Below are positions 9,001-17,322 of a stretch of 20,000 nt of DNA, piece by piece. Position 1 is the first letter of the stretch. The number at the start of each line of letters is the position of its first letter. Below the pieces are notes generated by a model. The model searched no databases. It was not told the origin of the DNA and saw only the letters and a program-made list of their open reading frames with translations. The position numbers and the translations under genes are program-made. The stretch is from Saprolegnia diclina VS20 (lineage: Eukaryota): the NCBI RefSeq assembly GCF_000281045.1, contig NW_008246080.1:487433-507432 (forward strand), read 5' to 3'.

Positions 9001-9291
9001 TTAGCCAATCCATATCTTGAAGGCTCTGGATTGGTGGAAATGCGTTGACATGCAATCTCCACTGACCAATCGCAAGGCTCGACCACTTTGCACCACCGGC
9101 TCGCAATTGCACGATGCGATGCGTTATCGGCACCGAGGTACGCTACCTATGCCGTAGGCGGAGACTACCTCCATAGGTCATTATCGCATATCGCTGCTAT
9201 GAAATAACGACGCCCTGTTGACGTGGTCGCAAACGAAATTTGAATATGATTTTGACCAATCACCGTGCAGCGCGATGGGATTGGCCAAAAT
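9001..9291. promoter_or_regulatory. Divergent promoter with five CCAAT/ATTGG boxes
   Basis: TAGCCAATC (~9002), GATTGG (~9029), TGACCAATC (~9064), TTTGACCAATCA (~9251) and GATTGGCCAAAA (~9280) lie between the EF-hand B gene (-) and the pseudouridine synthase (+). Confidence 0.55.
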
Positions 9292-9306
9292 GCAAAGGAT
9301 TTCCGC

Positions 9307-10904
9307 ATGAGCAGCAGCGTGAGCAAGAAGGAAGCGAAGCGGCTTGAGAAGAAGCGGCAGCGCTCCGAGAAGAAGGCTGCGCTCGTCGCCGACGGAAGCT
9401 GGACGAGCAACCGGAAGCGGCGAGGCCAGCGCGAGTTCCATAGCGAGATGCGGGATGACATAGAGGTCATGGTGGCCGAAACGACCGCGCATACGATGCC
9501 CGACGGCTACCGCCACGTCGCGCCGTACGAGCACACGTTCCAGGTGCATGTCAAGGCGCGCTGGTTCGGCAAGAGCCTCTTGGACCTCTTCTTGCTCGAG
9601 TTTGGCGGCTTTGACGTGTCGTACTACACGCAGGCCATTACGACCGGCAAGATCACAATCAACGGCGCCATCGCCGCGACAACGACGCTGGTCCGGGATG
9701 GCGACTACCTCGAGCACCATGTACGAGCTCTATTGCTGACGTGCGCAGGATGCAGAGCTAGCGTAGATGCACCGGCACGAGCCGCGCGTCCGGTGCTTTC
9801 GCGCCAGCATGATCGAGTACGAAGACGACGACATGGTACAGCGCCATCAAGACCATGATGATTCTAGCTCGGAGTTGCCTAGGTCGTTGTCAACAAGCCA
9901 AGCACGATTCCGGTGCACCCGTGCGGCGCGTACCGGCACAACTCGATGGTACGCATGTTGTCCTAGCGTAGCGTGGACGCATACTCGATCCTTAGACGTT
10001 CATCCTGGCGATCGATCATCAACGCCACCCGCTGTACCCCGTGCACCGCCTCGACCGGCTCACGTCCGGTACGACACGCCAACTTGCATGTCGATAGCAC
10101 TGTTAACATAGGCTTGCTCGTTCTCGCCAAGTCGCCCGAGAAGGCCCAGACCATGTCCGAGCAGCTCGTGGATCGAAGCATGCAAAAGCACTACGTGGCC
10201 AAAGTTGCCGGTCGGTTCCCGAATCCCGACCGTGACGCGACGTCGTCGTCCTTGTTCCCGTCGTTTGGTATACCGTGCACCGCGGCTACGGTTGCCTTCA
10301 ACTGTCTAAAGTAGATGGCGTCGTCACGGTTGCAGAGGACCGATGGACGCCCTACTGGAAGGTCGATGCGCCGCTCAAGCGCATCTCCGAGAGCGAGAAC
10401 CGGCACGGATATGCGCCAGATGGCAAGGTAATAGCGATGGTTAAGACTTCAGCTCACGTGCGACGCGGTCACTTGATGTAGGCGAGCCAAACCCTCATCC
10501 GAGTCCTGACCGCCTCCGATGAGTACAGTGTTCTCGAGTGCCTCCCGCTCACCGGTCGCCAGCACCAAATCCGCGTGCATTTGCAATTGCTCGGGTTTCC
10601 CATCGCCAACGACCCGACGTACGGCCCACCGTCGTTTCTGGCGTCGATTCCTCTCAAGCGACCTCTGCCCACGACGCCAGTGACGCACGACGTGCTGTGC
10701 CCCACGTGTCGGGACGGCGAGGCCGCCTCGTTTAACTGGGAGCAGCTCGAATGCCAAGGCTTGTGGCTTCACGCCTACCGCTACAAGGTACCGTCTTGTC
10801 GATTGCCACAAAAGTATCAACGTATCAAGTAGGGCGCCGCGTTTGATGTGCGCGTGGCGCTGCCTGCGTGGGCCCCCGCCAATGTCGTTCTGAATCAAGG
10901 ATAA
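9307..10904 (+). CDS. RluA-family RNA pseudouridine synthase (RPUSD2/Pus9-like), 8 exons, ~422 aa
   Basis: Exons 9307-9720, 9767-9835, 9883-9948, 9996-10068, 10112-10267, 10315-10427, 10482-10787, 10833-10904. Motifs: S4-like YYTQAITTGKITING, HRHEP, VNKPSTIPVHPCG, catalytic HRLDRLTSG (Asp at 10053-10055), TGRQHQIRVHLQLLGFPIANDPTY, CPTC and LWLHAYRY. Confidence 0.93.
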
Positions 10905-10977
10905 CGCGACGACGACAAGGTGTCCAACATGACGAGGAATTCGTGGACTAGACTAACAACAGCAATGTACTACGACT

Positions 10978-13900
10978 CTAAAAGGCGTCGCGGAGCACGG
11001 GCTTCTTGGCGATGCGGCGCGGCGACGGCGGCGGCGTGTGGCTTTCGTCCATGGACGAGAGGCTCTCGATGCGGTCGAGGCGCGGCCCGACCGCGTCCTT
11101 GGCCATAAAGGACGACGACCCGGTGTTGGAGCTTGAGAAGCTGTGGTACTGGCTGTCGTCGAATGCATATTCGCAAAAGAGGCGCGAGGCGTGGATCGCC
11201 TTCTTCTCGGTATTGGCCCAGAGCACTTTGAGGAGGCTGTTGGGGTCTGTCGAGGCTTTGAGCGCGAGGACGTTCTTCTTGTTGGGCATCGCGATCGTCT
11301 CGACGAGGAGGCAGTCGCGCACGTCGCTGAGCTCGACGTTGCTATAGCACATGAGCTCGTCGTACGCCACTTGGTGCAGGTTGATGTCGATCGCAAAGCT
11401 CGTCTGCGGCTCCATGTAGCCTTGGTTCGGTCGGACCTTGTAGCGCTGCGGCTGCGCCGTCTTGATCTTGAAGGCGACGCAGTGCGACGATGTGTTTTGC
11501 AGCGTCACCTTGCCCGTGGGCTTCTTGCCCACGTCCAGATGGTACAAGAGCGTTTGGGGCGAGAGGCTCACGAGGCCGGTCGGCGTCGGCGTCGACACGG
11601 CATAGTTCTTCTCGAACGCGCGCAAGAACGACTTCATCTTCTTGGGCGGCTGCTCGACGTGGCGCGCGTCAAACTCGGACTGCCGGATCCACGCTTCGTC
11701 CGGCATCTCGAGGTGTGCGGGTTCGTCTGGCGTCTCCTTGAACGCAAACGTCTTGAGAATCGCTTTCGGGAAGAAGCTGCGCCCGCTGCCTTGGCGCACC
11801 GGCTCAAGCTCGCCAGTCGACGACTCGAGGACCGACGCGAGCTCGTGCTCGTCATCGGCGTCGGCGGTGGCCGTTGCATCGGCGGGTTCGGGGAAGGTCA
11901 GAATCGAGAACCCCGAGTTGGCATCGTCGATCGTGTGGGCCTTGGACGACGGGCTCGACGGACCGTCCACGTCGGCGTCGGGTTCGTCGACAGCAATCAC
12001 TTCGGGGTTGGTGACCGGTGTCGTCGGCACCGGCGCCTCGACGACCGACGCCCTGTCCTTGTCATGGTCGTCGGCGTCGTCGTCGTCGTCGTCGTCGGTC
12101 GTTTCTTGGATGACAACGACAGGGCGCGTTGGGAGTGTGTCAATGTCACCAAAGAGCGACACGGACGCCCGGGGCGACGACGGCGCCGGCGACAGCGGAC
12201 CCATAAAAGACGCAAACGCGCTGTCCACCGTCATGGACGACTCGCTCGTCAGGTCCTCACGCACATGCAGCGACGACCGCGGCGTGTTCATGTTGATGGC
12301 GACAGCGACCACCGGCGACGCCATGATGTTGACGTCATGACGCGGTGACAATGACGACGACGTTGGCATCGGTGCCCACATGACCGGTGCCGGCGGGTGC
12401 ACGACGGGCGCGGCCACAACAGGCGGTGGCGGCACCAGCGACAGCGACGGCTTGGGCTTGGCCGGCGCCGATACCGGCATGTACTTGGAGGCAAGAATGT
12501 CAATGTCGTCCAGGCTAAAGCGGACGCTGCTCCGGCGCGGACTCGCACTCGCCTCGGCAATGGTCTCTGGCATCGGGAGGTACTCGACGTGTGCGACGGT
12601 ATCCCGATTCGCAACTGTGCTGCTGCGCGCGTCGTACTCGGTGGGTCGCGCAATGCTCACAGGCAGCGGCTCTAGGTCATCATGCTTTTCTTCTTCCAAG
12701 ACGTCGTCCATCGACGCCAAGAGATCAATTTTGGTCGTCGTCGCTGGCTTGGGTGTGGCGCCGACGCTGGCCGACGGCTGCCGGCGCAACGGACTCGCCG
12801 GTCGCGGTCGTGTCGTGTCGACGCTCGTCGCAAACGGTCGCTCGAGCGGCGGCGCGTTAGAGAGGTGGCTCGACGTCGCGTCTTCGTCGTCGCCTTCCTT
12901 GACGCCTTCGAGCGCGGTCGCCGGCCCCAATTCACTCGGTGGCGTGTCGTTGGACGATGACGGCGGCATGTCATCAAAGAGCGTTTCTCGAAAGTCGTCG
13001 ATCGTGTTGCGCGGCAGCAAATGCTGGTTGAGCGACCGCTGGTACTGCAGATGCTCGAGCGGTGTCATGATCGGGCGCATCGGAGGCGCTCGTGTGAACG
13101 CCGTTTGAAACGATGCGCACTCGCTCACCTCGGACGCGCGGCCTTCGTCCGGCGTCGTGACGTCATCGTCCGTGTCATGACGGCGCAACGCCGGCGCGTC
13201 CGACGACCGGTCGATCGGCACGGGCGCCGTGACCTCGAGCGCAAACGACGTGACGTATTTATGGACAAGGATCTTCTTGTTGGCGTCCGACGCGTGGTGC
13301 CACAGGTCCTTGAGGTACTCGATCGTCTGGTCATAGGACGGTAATGACGTCATGGCTGCGATTTCGCTGAGCTCCAGCTCCATGCACTGGACGCGGACCT
13401 TGTACTGCGGCAGCGGCGACGTGTCGTGCGACCGCAGTCGTTGCAGTAGCTCCCGGTGCAGCGACGGCGCGAGTTCGAGACGCACATTGGTCTTGTCCGG
13501 TCCGTCGAGCCAGCCGACTTTGAACGGCACGGCCTTGCACTTGAACTTGCTCTCGATGCGCACCGTGTACGCCACGACCTTGGAACACCGGTTTTCGATC
13601 GAGACGTCGCAGGACCCGACGTTGACCTCGTGGGGCGGCAGTGTGAACAGCAAGATGTCGGCCGCCGGCGTAATGGCCACAAGGAGGCCGGACCGGTCGG
13701 CCTTGACGCGCGACGGCACGACTTGGGATGGCAGCGGGCGCGCACTCGGTGTCTTTGGTGACACATTCTTTTTCGGAACCACCGAGGCGGAGAGCGGCAA
13801 GGGCGCCGAGTCGTCGATCGAAGCGAGAAAATGGGCGTGGGACATGGTCGTCTCGGACGGCGGCGGGTCCACGGAGAAGGCCGACGTCTGTGAGAGCACG

Positions 13901-14457
13901 CTCGCGCCCGACTGGAGGAGCACGTGCGGTGTGTGGCTCGTAAACTCGATCGTGGGCTCAAAGCGCATGACAAAGTTTTTGGACATAATGTCGCGTGGGC
14001 CAAGCGCTTTCCATGCGGTCGCCCATGCGTGGTCTTTGGCCGCGCTCTTGTCTTTGCCGCGGAACGCCAGCGACTCACGGCACGCGCCGTCGCCCGACTC
14101 GGTCGACGGCGTCCCGCTTTGGATGAGGAGCCGGTCGGTCACATACGCCTCTTGGCTGTTTTGGCGAAGTGCAATCTCGTCGTAGAGCGCTTGCCGTAGC
14201 TCAATTTTGATCTGGATCGTCTCGCTGGGGCCGAGCGTGCCCTTGCTGGGCTTGATAAAGTACCGCTCCGGGTTGAGCGTCTTGACGCTAAAGATCGTTG
14301 GGCGGCGCGTGTGCAGGTTGCGCATCGTGACGTGGCGAAAGTGCTTGACGCCATGCGTATCGAGGGTGAAGACGACGAGGTCGGACGGCTCAAAGGCCAC
14401 GCTCGCGTTGCAAGGCGCCTCGATGTCCAAGGCGACGACCTTGGTTCGGAGGCTCAT
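10978..14457 (-). CDS. Large protein with three MSP (major sperm protein/VAP-like) domains, ~1160 aa, no transmembrane tail
   Basis: Uninterrupted ORF. MSP3 VAFKIKTAQPQRYKVRPNQG (~11578-11168) is canonical; MSP1 IFSVKTLNPERYFIKPSKG (~14400-13960); MSP2 is degenerate, IENRCSKVVAYTVR (~13686-13230). The start is placed at ATG 14457 behind an INR-like CCATTTC; the ATGs at 14508 and 14583 are alternatives. Confidence 0.85.
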   Translation of the reverse strand: MSLRTKVVALDIEAPCNASVAFEPSDLVVFTLDTHGVKHFRHVTMRNLHTRRPTIFSVKTLNPERYFIKPSKGTLGPSETIQIKIELRQALYDEIALRQNSQEAYVTDRLLIQSGTPSTESGDGACRESLAFRGKDKSAAKDHAWATAWKALGPRDIMSKNFVMRFEPTIEFTSHTPHVLLQSGASVLSQTSAFSVDPPPSETTMSHAHFLASIDDSAPLPLSASVVPKKNVSPKTPSARPLPSQVVPSRVKADRSGLLVAITPAADILLFTLPPHEVNVGSCDVSIENRCSKVVAYTVRIESKFKCKAVPFKVGWLDGPDKTNVRLELAPSLHRELLQRLRSHDTSPLPQYKVRVQCMELELSEIAAMTSLPSYDQTIEYLKDLWHHASDANKKILVHKYVTSFALEVTAPVPIDRSSDAPALRRHDTDDDVTTPDEGRASEVSECASFQTAFTRAPPMRPIMTPLEHLQYQRSLNQHLLPRNTIDDFRETLFDDMPPSSSNDTPPSELGPATALEGVKEGDDEDATSSHLSNAPPLERPFATSVDTTRPRPASPLRRQPSASVGATPKPATTTKIDLLASMDDVLEEEKHDDLEPLPVSIARPTEYDARSSTVANRDTVAHVEYLPMPETIAEASASPRRSSVRFSLDDIDILASKYMPVSAPAKPKPSLSLVPPPPVVAAPVVHPPAPVMWAPMPTSSSLSPRHDVNIMASPVVAVAINMNTPRSSLHVREDLTSESSMTVDSAFASFMGPLSPAPSSPRASVSLFGDIDTLPTRPVVVIQETTDDDDDDDADDHDKDRASVVEAPVPTTPVTNPEVIAVDEPDADVDGPSSPSSKAHTIDDANSGFSILTFPEPADATATADADDEHELASVLESSTGELEPVRQGSGRSFFPKAILKTFAFKETPDEPAHLEMPDEAWIRQSEFDARHVEQPPKKMKSFLRAFEKNYAVSTPTPTGLVSLSPQTLLYHLDVGKKPTGKVTLQNTSSHCVAFKIKTAQPQRYKVRPNQGYMEPQTSFAIDINLHQVAYDELMCYSNVELSDVRDCLLVETIAMPNKKNVLALKASTDPNSLLKVLWANTEKKAIHASRLFCEYAFDDSQYHSFSSSNTGSSSFMAKDAVGPRLDRIESLSSMDESHTPPPSPRRIAKKPVLRDAF

Positions 14458-15403
14458 CCTGCCACCGGAGCGGAAAAGAAATGGCCATCGCGATGTGATA
14501 CGGTGCATTACACCGCTTGGTGCCGAGTTTTGGCCAATGGCCTTGCGCCAAATTGTTTTTTCGCTCAAACGACGACCGCCCATTGGCCACACGCGCTCCG
14601 CGTACCATGCCACCTGCCCCAGTCATCCGGATACGAGACGAGGCATTCCCTTGGACTATCGTCTACAATCGAAATAAGCTGGAGCGCGTCGCAAACCGGG
14701 AATTGCCCTGGCGAAGAGCCGCGCGGCACCACCTTGCGTTTTGTATGCGTGTTATTTTCACAGGTGAAAAACGTGCGCCACATGACGTGGCAAATACCCG
14801 TGGCGCGCGCGACATGCCACGTGACGCTTATGACATGGGCTTCAAGCGTTTGGCCGACTCTGGCCGGCAGGACCGTCCCGACCGAGCTAGCACCAGCGAT
14901 ACAAGCACGGCTAGGCATCGCCTGCGTCGTCACACTTGGCGACACTGCATTGGTGTAGCATTGGTCATGACAACGTACGAACGGCCAGCTTGGAGCCTGT
15001 TGAGCCGAGCGAGAGGCGGAGGATGGTGTGGCCACCGACGACTGACGCGTCACACACGACGAGTGGCCAGAGATGCCGTGTCGATGGTGCAACGAAGGTC
15101 GTGCGCTTCCATCTCAGATCCGGTCGCGTCTTTCTCGGTCTTGGCACGTTGCACGGCGCAAGAAACACACACACACCACGTATTGTTCACACATTTTTCA
15201 CGCTGTATTTCCCACCAATGGCGACGTGGCGCGGCCGTGGGTCATAGAATTCAAATGTAATTTGCACCGTGTTATATAATATTTCTAGCTCCGTAAATGT
15301 ATGCAATAGAATACAAAGTAAAAAAGAGCGATGAAAACAATAAAATGAACCGGCGGGGCCCGGTGTTGACAGTATTTGCAACTGAGCGGCGACCAGCAGC
15401 AGC

Positions 15404-16119
15404 ATGGCCGACTACTACGACGTCCTCGGCGTGGCCAAGACCGCGTCCGCGGACGAGATCAAGAAGGCCTACCGCAAGCTCGCCATCAAGTACCACCCAG
15501 GTACAGTGCGCGCCCTCGCTGCCGTGACGCTCATGCAGGCTGCTAGACAAGAACCCGGACAACCAAGACGAGGCCGAAAAAAAGTTCAAGGAGATTGGCG
15601 AGGTACGTCAACGATAGCTGCTTGGACAGCGTCTCATGCGCATGTGGCTAGGCCTACTCGGTGCTCTCGGACGAAGAGAAGCGCACGACATACGACCGCT
15701 TTGGCAAGGCCGGCGTCAACGGCCAGTCCAATGGCGGTGGCATGCACCCGAACTTCAACGCGCAGAACGCCGAAGAGATCTTCCAAGCATTCTTTGGCGG
15801 CCAGGACCCGTTCAACATGTTCTTCCAGCAAGGCGGCATGGGCGGCCAGCGCGTCCATGTGTCCAACTTTGGCGCGCCGGGCTTTGCGTTCCACTTTGGC
15901 GGTCCCGGCGGCATGCGTGGTCGCCACCCAATGCACCACGCCCGCCAGCGCCGCGAGCATGACGACGCGCCGCCACAACAAGCCGTCGCGTCCGGCATGG
16001 GCGGCGGGAACCTCCTCCTCGTCTTCTTGCTGCTCTGGATGATGGGCGTGCCATTGAGCTACCTCTGGGTGCTCTTTATGATCTACAGCTACTTGGGGTC
16101 GCAGCTCGGCTGGTCGTAG
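15404..16119 (+). CDS. DnaJ/Hsp40 protein: J domain + G/F-rich region + C-terminal hydrophobic anchor, 3 exons, ~206 aa
   Basis: Exons 15404-15500, 15547-15602, 15652-16119. DYYDVLGV...[17 protein letters not shown] (HPD split by intron 1), [36 protein letters not shown], and C-terminal [28 protein letters not shown]. Confidence 0.93.
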
Positions 16120-16329
16120 ACCCAAATGTAGTATTTACTGTAGGATAGTGTAGTAGGTCCATGCCATAGTAGAATCGTCTCCGCACTCTCAGCTTCTCGT
16201 CACCTCGTCTCGCGCTTCTCATTTCTACTATTTCTCCAGTCCACAGCCAAATGATATTCGTCAAGTGCAAAAGGTCATGTAAATTAGCTTATAATTGGTT
16301 CATAGTCAAAGGCTGACTCCTCGGTCGAG

Positions 16330-17004
16330 TTAGGCGGCGTAGAGCAGGCGAAGGCGCTTCATGAGCTTGATCGGTGACGAGACCGACAAGAGGTTGATGA
16401 CGGCTGCCGGCATGTAGCCGCCGAGGTCCATGTGCACGATCAGCGTCACCGAGCACGACGTCGGCGTCAACGGACGAACAATGTACCCCGACACGTGCGT
16501 GTGCGCGCGTACAAAATGCTTGTCGACCGGCACGCTGTCGTGCTCGACGCTCTTGGTGCCAATGACAATGGACCCGTCGTCGAGGTGCTGCTGACTGGTG
16601 ACGACGAGAAAATCGCGCGCCGTCGTCGGAAACACCGGCTTGGCCTGCACATACCGGATCGAGGTCGAGTCTTTGAGCGCCTCGATGACGCGGCAGTTGT
16701 CGGTCATTTCGTCAAAGATGTGCATTTGCGAGGCGTCGCTGAGCTTGGCCGCGAGGTCGTCGGCGGCGCAGTCGACGGTCGTCGTGGCCTTGATGGCGTT
16801 CCAAGCCGACCCGTCGACGACGCCGCGGTCGATGGAGACACCGTCGGTGTCCTTGACGTGGCTCCACGACGTGCTCTTGTCGGCGCCCGAGTCCTTGGCG
16901 ACGATGTCCGTAATGCTCTTCGCACCGAGCGCGAGATAGTCTTCGGGTGAGTTGTTGCTCGTGTAGCTGCTGGAGCTGCTGGCGCTGCTGTTGCTGAGGC
17001 GCAT
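16330..17004 (-). CDS. Stand-alone START (StAR-related lipid transfer) domain protein, 224 aa
   Basis: Intronless ORF with START motifs WSHVKDTDGVSI, PVFPTTARDFLVV, FVRAHTHVSGYIVRP and HMDLGGYMPAAVIN. Confidence 0.9.
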   Translation of the reverse strand: MRLSNSSASSSSSYTSNNSPEDYLALGAKSITDIVAKDSGADKSTSWSHVKDTDGVSIDRGVVDGSAWNAIKATTTVDCAADDLAAKLSDASQMHIFDEMTDNCRVIEALKDSTSIRYVQAKPVFPTTARDFLVVTSQQHLDDGSIVIGTKSVEHDSVPVDKHFVRAHTHVSGYIVRPLTPTSCSVTLIVHMDLGGYMPAAVINLLSVSSPIKLMKRLRLLYAA

Positions 17005-17019
17005 GGTGAGGTTGGTACT

Positions 17020-17033
17020 GAATTGATTAATGA
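17020..17033 (-). promoter_or_regulatory. Probable INR+FPR-like core promoter of the START gene
   Basis: Minus-strand TCATTAATCAATTC lies ~16 nt upstream of the ATG and is an imperfect match to TCATTYYNCAWTTT. Confidence 0.4.
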
Positions 17034-17322
17034 TGGAAGCCCTAACGTGGAGTTTTCACGGTACGGGACACCATGTTAGGACGAGATTGGCAGAGAATTT
17101 CGAGAGGTTGGGGAGGTTACACCTCATGGTCACGCCGCTGTCTCAACGGCCGTCAAGCACTAGGTGAGCTGCTAGGATCATCAAGACCACCTACTGCGTG
17201 CGGACCGAGATGGCACAGCCATGATACTGTGTGTATACTACCTGGATCGATGCTAATGATTGCTCAATTTGGAAAATATTAGATAGACTAGCTAAAACAA
17301 AAAAGGCCTACAACGCAAGTGC

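Noticed and set aside
9136..9178. Small inverted repeats (GAGGTA/TACCTC, ACCTATG/CATAGGT) as an ncRNA or terminator
   Set aside because: Stems are only 6-7 bp and mutually overlapping, compatible with chance.
11006..14677. Long plus-strand ORFs (e.g. 11143-12348, 13352-14185) opposite the MSP gene
   Set aside because: Antisense shadow ORFs expected from GC-rich codon bias, with no domain-like features.
14311..15279. ORFs of 100-250 aa in the MSP-DnaJ intergenic region
   Set aside because: Arg/Cys/Trp-rich random-looking translations without host codon bias. The region is better explained as a divergent promoter.
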